Part shown: positions 12,623-26,838 of the stretch, piece by piece
Position numbering within the stretch: the first letter of the stretch is position 1
How the letters are laid out: each line of letters starts with the position of its first letter
Assembly (NCBI RefSeq): GCF_006345805.1
Contig: NC_042998.1
Location: 44,578,001 to 44,642,000, forward strand
From: Octopus sinensis
Taxonomy: Eukaryota
Direction: 5' to 3'
Length of the DNA stretch: 64,000 nucleotides
The notes under the pieces: model-generated
What the model was told of the DNA's origin: nothing
The model's database searches: none
What the model saw: the letters and a program-made list of their open reading frames with translations, nothing else
Made by a program: the position numbers and the translations under genes

Positions 12623-13380
12623 TAGTACTCAATAGTATGAAAGGTATTTATTCATATGAATTGATTCACTCAATCTTGGCATTGGTTGTTTGTCATACGT
12701 GAATCGCCGAGTAACCACATAATGGACTACATATGTATCGATCTGTCGATCTATCTATTTCCTTCTCGCTCTCTCTCCCTCCCTCTCCCTCTCCCTCTCT
12801 CTCTCTCTCTCCCCATATATATATAACTGTCTGTGTGTATGTGTGTGTGTAAATAACAAAAGTATTTTATAAGCTTAAAGCTTATAGCGATCACAGTGCA
12901 ATGACTAAAGAAAATAGCCCAATAATGAGGCACGTAAGCCCTCGACGGAGAAGAAATAGGTTTTCCCGTACGCGTGAGACTAGAATCCACGTCTCTTTGA
13001 TTTCGTGACAAGTGTGTTAACCATATGCACCAACGTACGTACCTACATAGTCTAGAAATGCGTGTGTGTTCCTGGATATGCTTGTATGAAAAATTAATGC
13101 GTAATACAAGGCGATGTCAATACAGATATGATATGAAATATCGAAAGTAACAATATTAAATTTATTGAAAGATTTAATTAGTCATCATATTTCGGTTCAG
13201 AAATTACGTGTCCATTCTGCCTACGTGCCGAAAGTTAGGCGTGATATTCGTATTAACATATTTACAGAATTTGGGGCAGCGGATGATGATCTCTGGCTTA
13301 CTAATATCTGTGACTGATCACATGTTCGAGTTGGAATTATGTCGATTTTTATGGTGAACAGTAACTATAATGAGTGGTTA

Positions 13381-13860
13381 ATTATTCCTTTCTACTCTAG
13401 GCGCAAGGCCTGAAATTTTATTTATTTATTATTTTATTTTTATTTTTTGTTTGGGGTGGGGGCAGTCGACTAGATCGACCCAAGTACACAAATGGTACTT
13501 AATTTGTTGACCCCTAAAGAATGAAAGGCTAAGTCGAACTCGGCGGAATTTGAACTCAGAACGTAAAGATAGACGAAATACCGCTAAGCATTTTGTGCTA
13601 ACGTTTCTTATTTCTTTACTGCCCTCAAGGGGCTAAACATAGAGGGGACAAACAAGGACAGACAAAGGGATTAAGTCGACTGCATCGACCCCAGTGCATA
13701 TAAAATACTATTGTTATGCATATATACTTAATTTAATCGACCTCGAAGGGATGAAAGGCAAAGTCGACCTCGGCGGAATTTGAACGCAGAACGTAACGGA
13801 AGACGAAATACCACTAAGTATTTCGCCCAGCGCGTTAACCTTTCTGCCAGTTCGCCGCTT
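13381..13860 (-). mobile_element. Dimeric SINE family A with an 11-bp TSD
   Basis: Two tandem monomers. taatgagtggt occurs at 13368-13378 and 13861-13871. Confidence 0.9.
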
Positions 13861-15867
13861 TAATGAGTGGTATTTATTATTCATAGTAGTCACTTTTATC
13901 GTGCACTTTTAATTCGTTGTTGTTGGTTTGGGTTGTTTTTGTTTTGTTTTTTGTTTTTTCAAAGTAGCTTACTTTTTATCCACAGGCTGCTGTTATTGCG
14001 ATCCATTGTTTAAGTAATAATTACGCTGTATGTATTCGTATTATTGAATGCTTTAGATGTCTTCTGAAAGATAATGCGCGCGCGCAGTAATGGCTGTGTA
14101 ATGGCCGAATTTTGCTGATTTCGTAATTGTTACATTGTCATCACTAGATGTCATATTCAACGAAAGTGTACCTGCAGTGTATCTACACGTAAGCTCATAC
14201 AACACCTATTCCTTGAAGTTAGCACACTTCAGTAAGGCTGTTAATAGGGCAAAGCCAGATAATAGGCTGCTCCACGCTGGACATCTCCGTCAATGTTTTT
14301 CTTCAGAAACGGTTACCCAACGAGAGAAACATATGCACGCTGGCCAACTGTTAGTTTGTCATATATCAGATCTACATACTCAAAACGAAACGAATGTTGC
14401 ATCGGAAGCACGGTTCGACGTCATGCTTCCTCCAAAATCATCTTGGAGATGCAAAAACATTAATCAGAACATTGTAGTTATCATTATAAATCAATGACAC
14501 TTTCGTTAGTAACTCAGTAACCTGCGGATTAAAGAAAATATTCTTATAAGGAGTGGAATTGAACCAGTGCGTGTGTCAATAATATTAGCATAATGACTCT
14601 CCCTAGAAACAACAAAAACAAATAAAATAAAATAAAATAAAATAAAATAAAAACACGCCAACAATAACAACCAGATGTAATTAAAGAATTGCTTCTGACT
14701 ATTATAAATAACCTCTCCTTATTGTCACCATACATAACAAAACTTGATCCAGCATAAACTACACGCAAAAGATCTTCACCATTAACACATAAAATTTCAG
14801 TATGATTTACAAGATTTCGATACGTCTTCAGCATTGTGACAATTAAAATCTCTAATTTGCTCTTGTTCTTTAAAGCCTTTCTAAAGAGATTCTGAACCCG
14901 ATACAGCTGGACAAATTAAATATTTCTAAGAAAACATTTCAGTAATTTTGTTATCGTTATTTTAAAATTTTATGGTCTATTTGCATCGCTATAGCCGTCT
15001 GTAAAACTAATTTCGTACATATTCTTCAATGTTTCGTGCAAACTACGACGCTCTTCTCTATTGTTGTGTGTAAGAGAGGAGGAAAGAGATATACAAAGAG
15101 AGACGCCGAGAGAAAGAGAGAGAGGTACATGCACGCACACACACAGGCAGACAGAGAGAGATGGGCAAAGCGTACTCCGTGTGTGTGTGTGTATGTGTGT
15201 GTGTGTGTGTTAGTGTGTGTCAATGTCTGTCTGTCTGTGTGCCTGTGTGTTCTTGCGCTTGTGGCTGCATATCTGCCTATATAATGCGGGCTAAAATCAA
15301 CCCACTTTGTACAGTATACACACACACACAAACACACACACAAACACACATACATACACATGCACACACACACACAAGTACACACACACATACAATCAGA
15401 TATGTATGTATTTTACGTCTGTTGAACACTACTCCAGCCATATATAATTGGCTATTATAATTATTATTGAGGAAAACAGAATCCGAGCAATAAAGTTAGG
15501 CCCTCTTACAATCATATGTAACACCTGACATCTTTTCCCTCAATCGATGCAATCATCCACACACTACATGTTCCTACTAAAAAATCCCCCAGTTCTACTA
15601 AGTAAACTATTTAATGCGAGGCCGTCAGTTTATTATATTTTGTTTTCTCTTAAGACATGATCCTTTCCGAACAGGAGCCAGATTATGCTGTTCCTAAATA
15701 GTTGTTCTAATGTATCCATCACCATATTCTGTGTTGTTACTTATGCTTTCAACAAGCTATATGCGAGAGGGAGAACTACAAGGTTACAGACGATTCATCC
15801 ATGTGCATTTCACACGCTTACACATCACAGGCACATACATCCACAGACAGACATACAGACAGACAGG

Positions 15868-15868
15868 C

Positions 15869-15964
<96 letters not shown>
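15868..15964. repeat. (ATAG)n microsatellite
   Basis: Read directly from the sequence. Confidence 0.95.
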
Positions 15965-15965
<1 letters not shown>

Positions 15966-16173
15966 TACACATATGCTAGACAAGCTTTGTTATGATGAAA
16001 TCTTTTGTCATTTTTCAAAAACACCTGGATATATTCTATTAAACAGAAAAAAACCCATAGAAATGCACGAACACAAAGGTTCAAACACACGCGATCACAC
16101 GCTCTCGTACAGCTATTGGTGCCACTTCCTTATATATAGACATATGTGTGCATTAATGCACGTATGTATGTGA

Positions 16174-16175
<2 letters not shown>

Positions 16176-16222
<47 letters not shown>

Positions 16223-16394
16223 TATGTATATATATATCTATATATATATATATATATATTTATATACATATATATGTATATATATATATACATATATATG
16301 TATATATATATATATATACATATATATGTATATATATATCTATATATATATATATTATATATATATATATATATTATATACATATATATGTATA

Positions 16395-16426
<32 letters not shown>

Positions 16427-16433
16427 CATCATA

Positions 16434-16473
<40 letters not shown>

Positions 16474-16590
16474 CATGTACATACACGCATATATATATAA
16501 TATATATATATATACACATATACACATGTATATATATATATATGCATATAAATACAGGTATAAATATATATACACACGCACACACATATA
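16176..16590. repeat. Long (TA)n-derived compound microsatellite
   Basis: Read directly from the sequence. Confidence 0.95.
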
Positions 16591-17289
16591 TAATCTGATA
16601 AATACATATATGTAAGTGTGTGCGAGCGTGTGTCTGTATGTGTGTGTATCTACACAAGCATTTGCATTGATACTATCACCTTCATACAGGCCATCACAAA
16701 AAGTATAGATTTTATTTACAGACATGATTCAAAAGCGCCATCTAGGCGTGGGAGTGGGGTTCACTTTACAAATAAACAACAATCTGTCACGTGTTTGGCA
16801 AGTAACCATTAGACCATAAGATAGCAAAGAGCCAAAATAATGTCTTTTCGATTTTGCGAGTTGGCCCGCCATACACACGAGTAAATATGAACATATTTAA
16901 GAAAAACTTATACGGCTTAAACTGAATGTGTTTGTGCGTCTACATACGCTTCTGCATGTGCGTGCGTGAGAGGGCTTCATTACGTCTGTAGATGTATATG
17001 AACATGTATATATATATACTGCATTGGGTATGATTAGTGAAATTTTGGTAGTAATGACTTATGTCCCTCTTAGTGTGAGGCATTTATGTGTAATAATGCC
17101 CTCTATATAATATAAATTAATATGTTCAAAAGAAAAAATTATTTTCGAATTTTTCTCTTATGAGGTTTTTCACGCTAACTACCAGATAATTTCTTGTTAA
17201 GATTCCTTATTAAGAAGTTATCCTTAATTGTTAAATTATATATATATATATATATATTATATATGAGTGTATATGTGTGTACATTCTTA

Positions 17290-17326
<37 letters not shown>

Positions 17327-17728
17327 ACTTCGTGTGTGTGTGTGTATGAATATATGTCATCCTTAGAACAGAAATTTGGATTAAATGCTTTCAACTGATG
17401 CCAGATGATAGTGTGCCCATGTGAAAATTGTAATTTGTTAAGTTTCAGTTGCCCATATACTGTATTGTAATGCAGCTCACACATTATATCGCGAATCCTC
17501 TCTGAGCCTATTGCTGTTTTCAATTGTGTCTTACTGCAGGCCGCTAATTGGTTTGTCTAACCAGGATCAGAATCATTTTCTGTATGCCGGTAACTTCCTT
17601 TTTTCTAGACTATTTAGAAATTTTAATTTTTATAAAGGAGCTTATTCATATCTTAAAAGGCTTCCTCTATCTACTTTTAAAGTGTATGTACGGTTCAACA
17701 AATTACATCGTAATACTTGTATACTCAT

Positions 17729-18123
17729 TTACTCTTTTATTTTGTTTCAGTCATTTGATTGTGGCCATGCTGGAGCACCGCCTTTAGTCGAGCAAATAGA
17801 CCCCAGAACTTATTCTTTGTAAGCCTAGTACTATCGGTCTCTTTTGCTGAACCGCTGGTTTACGGGGACGTAAACACACCAGCATCTGTTGTCAAGCGAT
17901 GTTGGGGACAAACACAGACACACAAATATATACACACACATACATATATTTATATACATATATATACGACAGGCTTCTTTCAGTTTCCATCTATCAAATC
18001 CACTCACAATGCTTTGGTCGGCTATAGTAGAAAACACTTGCCCAAGATGCCACACAGTGGGACTGGACCCGGAACCATGTGGTTGGTAAGCAAGCTACTT
18101 ACCACACAGTCACCCCTATGCCT
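17729..18123 (-). mobile_element. tRNA-derived SINE family B, full length
   Basis: Minus-strand head tggtaagtagcttgcttaccaaccacatggttccgggtccagtccc, an internal (GT)n/(AT)n tract, and tail ggcggtgctccagcatggccacaatcaaatgactgaaac. Confidence 0.9.
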
Positions 18124-18872
18124 ATCTATACTCTATATGTAATATATGTTGAGATGTTCTTGAAGTGCATCGATCAGTCCTATGGCAGGTTTTTTACCTA
18201 ACGATAATGCGCCTAACATAATTCCAAGTTAATCACGTCTTCGACTAATCAAAGACCATACTGCACAGTCAAACATGGAGTGTTTGACAAACAACCATGA
18301 TTTTCATGGGATGTCATTCTCTACATTCTCCATTACACAGTCCATTTCTATATGCCTAAGATTGTTATACCAGTCACATAGAGACGAACATGGAGATTCA
18401 GCCAGCATATAGTAGTTACACTTTGGTGGTTTGCATCTCAATAGAAATGTTTCTAACCAGTGAGGCTATTGATAATGCAGCTATTCCCTTGTATGAGATA
18501 TATTTTATATTTGTCATAGTCTAGTTTTTATGATTCTGCTGGAATATTTTTGAGGAGATGTATAGGGATAGCTTCGATTTGCTTAAAGTAGCAAGAAGCA
18601 GTAGCGGAATATGAAACCTGCTGTAGAAAATAAATAAAAAACTTTGTATCTTGCGTATCGAAGAAGCCTTCTATCTGAATAAATTTTGTTTCGTTGAGAA
18701 GATTGTTTCGCGTATTTTATAGTTTATTGTGGGTATTTTTGTGGAGAGGCTGCGAACGCAGATAGAAGTGGCTTAGTCCATGATGGATAAAATAAATTGT
18801 TTTACATTCTGTCTGCCAAATATGCTACCTGTGATTGTTTTAAATATATTTGTGTCGTTTTACTATCTTTGT

Positions 18873-19110
18873 GGAGGCGCGTGGCTTAGTGGTTAGGGTG
18901 TCAGCATCATGATCGTAAGATTGTGGTTTCGATTCTTGGACCGGGCAACACGTTGTGTTCTTGTGCAAAACACTTCATTTCACGTTGCTGGAAAAAATGA
19001 GTAATGCTGCGACGGACTGGGTTCCATCCAGCTTGGGAACGCATACGCCATTGAAATCGGGAAACTGGACCCATGAGCCTGGCTAGGCTTTAAAAGGACG
19101 TATTTATTTT
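18873..19110 (+). mobile_element. SINE family C
   Basis: tggcttagtggttagggtgtc...ggtttcgattc head. 3' half shared with 35733-35993. Confidence 0.8.
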
Positions 19111-21529
19111 TACTATCTTTGCTCTGTCATCTATTTGAGTTATGAATGCTGTATGTAAACCTTAGTGCTATTTTGTCATGCTTACTTCATAGTTATGCAA
19201 GTTATTGTCATACTTTGTGATATTTGATATTTTCTGGTGTTGCTGATGGGACGACTTTGAGTGGAACTGGTTAATACTGCTTTAAGTCTCCAGCTTCACA
19301 TAACTCACTTAAAAACTGTAAAACAAAGTTTCTAAGTGATATAGCTAATGTTTTTAAGTGATATAACTAATGTTGTGCTACATTGTAAAATATTTGAAAT
19401 GTCTATCATTAATCCTATCTCTGTATGTAGTTGTTTATATGTTTGTGAATATATTAGAAGGTGTATATTAATGGGTATATGTTTAAATATATGGATGAGA
19501 AGACAGATTACAATGTCTGAAAGTGTTATTCGTGAACACTACGTAGGTTTGGCACTCTGACAAGTAGTTTGCAAAATAATGTTTTGTGTTGTTTTTAATG
19601 CGATTTTATTACACAAGACCTCCCTCGTTTAATAATAAACACTGAAATATGAAAAGAAAACTCAATGAATCTGACTATTAATCATTAATCTATTTGTCAC
19701 CTCAACCATAGCAAATTGTTTTCATCTGTTACCGTAACACTTCCCTTCAAGCCGCAAGTATTAATTAAGACAAAACATTGTCAAAATTACCTACCCTACT
19801 ATGTATATTCTCTATCAAACTCTTACTATGTTTTACCTTGCTGAATGAAGCAGTAATTTTCTTGATAATCCTACTACTTTTAATTTTATGTGTAACTGTA
19901 CCAATTATAAAATATACCTCTATCAAGAAAATTGCACAATCTGATTTCAATACACGCGCACATTAAATTTATACAATGTATTTACCGCTAATCAATTTAA
20001 AATGTTTACCTCCAACTTACTCTTTTATAAACATTAATAGAATATCAGCAACTTCATTATCTTCTTATAAAGGAACTTTAAATAACATTTCAACACATCT
20101 TTGAAGACCTTGTATTTCGCTAAACAATGTAACTACAACATAACAGGTCGTGCCAACTTTGCAGCACTGAAAGATATGAAATTTTTATTTTCTAAGCAAG
20201 TATTACCAAACAAACACCTAATTAATCTGTCATTGCAACCACAGAACATTGTAGACTTTGAAAACTGTTCTAACTATCGATTTCTCCAATTGTTATTTCT
20301 AAGAGCTGATATACAATAATCTTTTTAATGCCTGGCTGTTCCTATTAAACACACTTCTGTATTTTCTAGATTCCTATATTACAATGTTACTTTAACGTGA
20401 CTAGCCTCTATATTACATTCCTGGAACGAGTCTCTATATATTTTTCTATATTACACTTCTGGTAATATATATGTACGTCGGTGAATTGGTAAAGTGTTGA
20501 GAGTGCCTGACGAAACATCTCGCAGTACTTATTCCGATTTCTTGCTTTCTGAGATCAAATCGGCCAAGAACAACTTTGCATTTCATCTTCCCGGGATCTA
20601 AAATAAAATCTAGATCCGTTACAGATGGAATTGCTAAATCATCGGACAAGATGCCTTGCGGTATTTGTTACATTTCGCATTCCACATCCTATCGTGGCCT
20701 ACATGGCAAATAAACTCTGTTGCCACCATTTCAGCCAGGTTTCAAATTTGAGGATGCCTTTCGGCTCCCAACCACCCATTAGTCTCATTTCTTTTGTTTG
20801 TTTTTGTGTGGATATGTCTACCAATACAAAAGCAAACAAAAGAAATAAGGATGGAGTGGAAAGCATTATTAATGTTTATGGTAGTTATAATTGAACGTAT
20901 GGGAGGCCAACTTTTTTATTATTTTGTTTGTTAAAAACGTGATGCCTCTTTATGCTAAATTTGTGAGTTGTTCAGTGGTTGCATGTAGTCTCTTGAATCT
21001 ATGTTCTGAGGGTTAGCGATCTCAAAGATTAAAATTCAGTGTATTGTACTGATTGCTAAATTGATTTAAGAGGATGTAGGATGATTTTTCCTGATTGAAA
21101 TGATACTGGGTTTACATCTTGCTATCGGATAATTTACTATGGTTGACATAATGTAGTAATCTCAGCATTTTAAGATCATGTTTGTTCAAGAAGATTGCTT
21201 CGCAACAATGAGATCTCGAGCTTGATCCCACAACAGAAATCTATTTTATCAAAACCTTGGGTCGACCGAAGCCCTGTGAGAGAAAATGGGTAGAGGTAAA
21301 CTAGGTAGTGGTAAACATTGGATAGATTGTATTTGTAATTCAAAAATCTATTCTTGATATCACACTGACTCCGCCTCAGGATCGTTTTAAGTATGTAAGT
21401 TTGTGCAGCATAATTGCTAATTGCTAATTGAACGAGATAGTTGCAAGAATAAATGAATGCTCAAGTTCGAAGAAGACGAATAAACATTTACTTTATTGTA
21501 TGTGTGCAGATTATTTGGAAGAAACCAAA

Positions 21530-21573
<44 letters not shown>

Positions 21574-21582
21574 TATATTATA

Positions 21583-21630
<48 letters not shown>

Positions 21631-21683
21631 TATATATATGATTAATAAGATAGACGGAAGATGGAATATACGAGAATGTTTAT

Positions 21684-21794
21684 TGATCATTACAATTGTT
21701 TCGACCCATCTAACAACGACCTCTCGCGGGTGGGATATTGAACAACTGGTTTAGGAGTATCTGTCGTTGTAGGTGTGTCTCTTCAGGTGATTAC
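21684..21794 (-). ncRNA. Candidate type I hammerhead ribozyme (Penelope pLTR-type), slightly degenerate
   Basis: Minus strand reads CUGAAGA (21786-21780), stem II gac/guc extended by acaacgac/gucguugu, GAAAC (21702-21698), minimal stem III AC-AAUU-GU, and cleavage triplet GUA. Stem I has 4 bp plus an A.C mismatch at its first pair. Confidence 0.6.
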
Positions 21795-21874
21795 AAGATG
21801 TACCTCGTTAAAAGAACGTCCGTTCAGCATGTTTTCTTCTCGGTATTATATAATGTGTGTGCGTGTGTTTCTGT

Positions 21875-21928
<54 letters not shown>

Positions 21929-22233
21929 CGTAAATGGCCCAAGCTCTAGCTCTATTCAGTTCTGAACGAAAGGAATGCGTTAAAAGCTTAGAAAGGAGCT
22001 AAGTCAACAATCGCTAAAAGTTATTTGTTTCATTGGCAAATTTCCAATATTTTTGGCTCCGCGTTTCGAAACCTTCATCTCTATCAAATTAACTCATTGG
22101 ATACAAAACCATTGACTCTGATTTGGGATCTCATATCACAATCCTTCCCATTCGTTGAATTACACACCCATTGCTCCAACCACTCCATTTTCAAACCCAG
22201 CGTGTGGTTGTGTGTGCGCGCACACATACATTC

Positions 22234-22322
<89 letters not shown>

Positions 22323-22526
22323 TATGTATATGTTAAATGTTCTAATATCTACACACCCTTGGTTTTTTTATCTCATGACGCAAAAAATTGTTATATACAC
22401 ACGCTGACATAGAATCAACGTTGAACCCCTTATTTACCAAATTACCGAATCTGGAACTTAAGTATGGTCTGTCTAGAGCGCTTATTCAGCATTACCTGAC
22501 ACCTTTGGGTCTCAATCACACTATTA

Positions 22527-22581
<55 letters not shown>

Positions 22582-22796
22582 CGAAGGGGTGCTAAATAGT
22601 TCTTGGTTTTGAGTAAAAGTAAATACAAGAGGATCAGTTAATTATGATTTTATTCAACATATTCCCCTCTCAGATTCACGCACTTAGTACAGCGGCCCTT
22701 CAGTTTTTGTAAGCCCTGTAAAAGAACTCGGAATGTTGGTTTCCAATCAGGTCTTTCGCGATACATTTAAGACCAGGAACCTTTCAGCCCGCCCTT
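22582..22796 (-). mobile_element. Mariner-derived MITE
   Basis: About 30-bp imperfect TIRs (cgaaggggtgctaaatagttcttggttt / caagggcgggctgaaaggttcctggtct), TA on the left and TG on the right. The interior retains a mariner C-terminus, KLKGRCTKCVNLRGEYVE*. Confidence 0.85.
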
Positions 22797-22842
22797 GTGT
22801 ATATACATGCATGTATATATACATACATTTATATACATATAC

Positions 22843-22897
<55 letters not shown>

Positions 22898-22904
22898 GTA
22901 TATA

Positions 22905-22942
<38 letters not shown>

Positions 22943-23549
22943 ATATATATATGTATAATATATATATATATATAAACACACGCGAACAAACTATAAAACT
23001 ATATATGCATGTATGTATCCTTTTACTGCAATCATTAATTTTTGTACTTCTTTCTATTGGATATCTTAGAAATGCAAATATTAATCATTCTATGTTGACT
23101 ACAGCTGTTCTTTCATATAACGAACAAATAAACGACTATTAGCATGTAAACATGTATTGGCTAATCCATCAAGCATTCTTATATATTGTGTTTTGGGCTA
23201 CATACGTTTCGATGTTTGTATGTCTAGTTGTTTATTCATACAGATTCATATGTGTTTACGTCTTAATGTAGACATACTGATAATTTAGTTCGCCGAAAGG
23301 CACGGTCACCACCACTAAACTGATATTTTATCATTGTTTATTTGATTGTATTATTTGAATTTTTTTTTTTTTTCGTTTTGGTTCTCATCCGTATGTTTAT
23401 AAAAAATCATTGTTTTTGAGGGTTGTTTGTTCGGTTTTTTTTTCATTCTTTCTCTCTGCATCATAAATCTTTCTTAATCAAAAGAGACAGCTCGGAATCA
23501 GATTTCTAATGAATTAAATTAAAATAAAGTAAAAAAAATATCCTATCGT

Positions 23550-23629
23550 CATCATCATCATCATCATCATCACCATTGCTGCTATCGCTGTTATTTTGAT
23601 TATTATTATTTTTGTTATTATTATTATTA

Positions 23630-23684
<55 letters not shown>

Positions 23685-24092
23685 AATTTTTATCATTGTT
23701 GTTACTGTTGCTACTTTTATCATCACCATCATAATCATCATCATCGTCATCATCATACTCATCATCATCATCAACAACAACAACAGCAACATCAACGTCG
23801 CTGCTACTGTTGTCATTTCGGGTTTACATTGTTATTATTACTACCTCTTTGTTGCGCTTATTGAAAAGAATGATGATGATGATGATGATGATGATGACGA
23901 TGATGATGACGATGATGATGATGATGATGATAACGATAACGATGATGAGAATGTGGATGATGGTAATAGTGATGAGGATCATCCACCATCATTTTCATCA
24001 TCATTTTCATCAACATCATCATTTTCATCATCATCATCATCATCACCATCCTCCTCATCCACCTCGCCATCATCATCATCATCATCATCATC
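23550..24092. repeat. Compound trinucleotide block (CAT/ATT/CAA/GAT)
   Basis: Read directly from the sequence. Confidence 0.9.
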
Positions 24093-26004
24093 AGGAATAC
24101 GAGCATGTTGTTGTTGCCTAGCCCCAAGCTATCTACGATAGAGCAAGATCTTTTGATCAAAAACGCCGTCCGTTTTGTTTTGATTTTCCTACTTAGCCTG
24201 TCAGAACGTCATTCATCGAATATGCCCTTCTGTTATCAAAAGTAGTCGTGTGATTTTGAAGGAGATTTTGCAACTACATCTCGCACTAGAGGTGACTATC
24301 TAGAAGCACTCAAATGGAGAAGATATTATCATTGGATGATTTATATTGTATGTTGGACAGCAGAATCGCTAAAGCTTTGAATAAAATCTCTTACGATATT
24401 TGTTCAAACTTTGTGAGTTCAAATCCGACCGAAGTCAAATTTACTTTTCATTCATTCAATGTATTTAACGTAATGCATCAGGCAATTACGAGGTTTTGTT
24501 TACTCGTCCCAAAATTTCTGGTCCTTCATGTGTGTTATAAAGGTTTCTAAATGTGGCATATTGTGATTATAAGACGTTCTTAGCCTTGCTGTTTATATAT
24601 CTATACCATTCGCACAATTGATCTTTTTTTAAATAACAGCAGACACACGTATGTTAACCACAGATATACATGCATCTACATGCATGCTCATCCCATCTAC
24701 ACCCGTGTGTGTGTGTGTGTGTGTGTTCTCGTTCCCTTTTTAATTTAGAATACATTTTGACCAACCACCTACTTGGTAGCAAGGTTGTGAAGAAAAGTAT
24801 CTCCTTTTAGCCATCATCCTTTAAATCTTAAGAATGTCTTGCAAATTCTTATAGTCCCAGTTACTGTGTTCCTTTCAAGTTTATGAATTAAGAATTTCCG
24901 TTCTCTCCCCATGATCCCAAATTCAACCGTATATTATTTTAGACGGATTAGTATATTTCCTGTTGCTCCAATAATAATAGGTTTGAATCTGAAGGTGTAA
25001 CTTAGGTACTGTATTTGCAAACAAATAAATAATTAAAAAATAATTAGCCGATGTTGGTCAATTTGTTTGTTGATGAAACATTTCTTCCTTTTCTGCTTAT
25101 TTAAATATATATATAATATATATATATATAGATAGATAGATAGATAGATAGGTATAGCAAAACGCACATATGCGTGCGTGCGTGTGTGTGTGTGTGCATG
25201 TGTGTGTGTGTGGTGTGCGTGCATATGTGTGTGCGTATGCGCGAGTGCATAGCTACAAAACAAGGAGGAGTAATGAAATGATCGCAGAGCAATGTGAGAT
25301 GAGGTGTTTCGCTCAAGAACAAAACGCACCACCCGATCTAGGAATTGAAACCACGATCTACCAATCTTGACTTCAGCAACCTAACCATGTACCCTCGCAT
25401 GTTCATATGCATATGCATATTTATAATTTTTGTTTGGTTACCTATCTCCATACCAAATTCTTAACTGTATGCATGTATTTCTATTTATGTGTCTAACAGT
25501 ATCTTTATCTCTATCCGTTTGGAAATATACCTTTCTCTCTTTCATAGGTTTCATTCACGAAAGCATTTATATATCGCAATATATATACATTCGTACAAGG
25601 TTCATTTGAAAATTAGAAGTTAATTAAAACTTGGGTGGTGTATTTTACTTCATAGTCAGCATTTATGATCAATTATTTAAGAAATTAAAAGATAAAAATG
25701 CAATTAGATAATTAAAGATACAATAATAATTATCAAACTAATTGATAAGAATTTAATAGAATTGGTTGATTACAGAAGTATTGGGTGATTGGTGTAGATG
25801 AAGGAACAAGAGAAGAATCTATTATTGCAAATACAGAAACGCAAGTAAAACTGAAAATTAGATAAACATTTATATCATTTTAGTGAACGTAAAAAGTTAT
25901 GTTGTAACTATTAAAATTTACAGCAAGTATAAGGTGATAATATTTTTGATGTATTTCCCTTGTCTCTATTTGGTAAAACGTTTATGCAGATGTTTACATA
26001 TGCG

Positions 26005-26159
26005 CAGATATGGCTTTATGGAAAGAAGTTTGCTTCCCAAACACACGGTTCTAAGTTCAGTCCCACTGCGTAGCACCTACACCAAGTGTCTTCTACTATA
26101 TCTTCGGATCGACCAAAACCTTCTGAGATTCGGTAGATAGAAACTGAAAGAAGCCTGTC

Positions 26160-26161
<2 letters not shown>
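26005..26161 (+). mobile_element. SINE family B, 5' part
   Basis: cacacggttctaagttcagtcccactgcgtagcacc...gaaactgaaagaagcctgtcg. Confidence 0.75.
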
Positions 26162-26241
<80 letters not shown>

Positions 26242-26451
26242 CATATATTGAGAATAATAAGGTAGTCAGGATGTCGGATAACAGTAGAAAGTGCTAAAAA
26301 TGTAAATAAAAATATATATAATCATCCAACATTCTGACTACCATGTTATTCTCAATATCATATCAAAATTTCTCTACATGTACGTCTGTGTGTTTGTGTG
26401 TGTGTGTGTATGTGCGTGCGTGTGTGTTTGTGTGTGTGTGTGTGTGTAATA

Positions 26452-26838
26452 GGCGCAGGAGTGGCTGTATAAGTAGCTTGCTTACTATCCACATGTTTCT
26501 AGGTTCAGTCCCACTGCGTGGCACCTTGGGCAAGTGTCTTCTACTATAGCTTCGGGCCGACCAAAGCCTTGTGAGTTGATTTGGTATACGGGAACTGAAA
26601 CAACCTGTCGTATATATGTGTATGTGTTTGTGTCTGTGTGTGTGTGTGTTTGCGTACCTGTTTGTGCCCCCACCTTCGCTTGACAATTGATGTCGGTGTG
26701 CTTACGTCCGCGTAACTTAGCGGTTCAGCAAAAGAGCCGATAGAATACATTTGGGGTCATTTTGTTCGACTAAAGGCGGTGCTCCAGCATGGTCACAATC
26801 TAATCACTGAAACAAATAAAAGAATAAAAGAATAAATG
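26452..26838 (+). mobile_element. SINE family B, near full length
   Basis: ggcgcaggagtggctgt...ggttcagtcccactgcgtggc...ggcggtgctccagcatggtcacaatctaatcactgaaac followed by (aataaaag)n. Confidence 0.9.

Noticed and set aside
13960-14110. Minus-strand MDRNNSSLWIK followed by a |gtaagc donor
   Set aside because: Too short, no homology, and all frames from nearby acceptors contain stops.
14544-14925. Open minus-strand frame LYRVQNLFRKALKNK...VYAGSSFVMYGDNK after a possible acceptor
   Set aside because: No recognisable domain and no convincing donor.
17541-17590. Possible 50-nt plus-strand exon (PLIGLSNQDQNHFLYA)
   Set aside because: Splice-like signals alone are expected by chance in 64 kb.
19778-19966. 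SDFNTRAH resembling the APE GDFN motif
   Set aside because: A single weak motif with no other APE motifs in register.
20895-21260. Possible very old CR1 C-terminus on the minus strand
   Set aside because: Only a faint HHxFTNKII-like match that needs several frameshifts.
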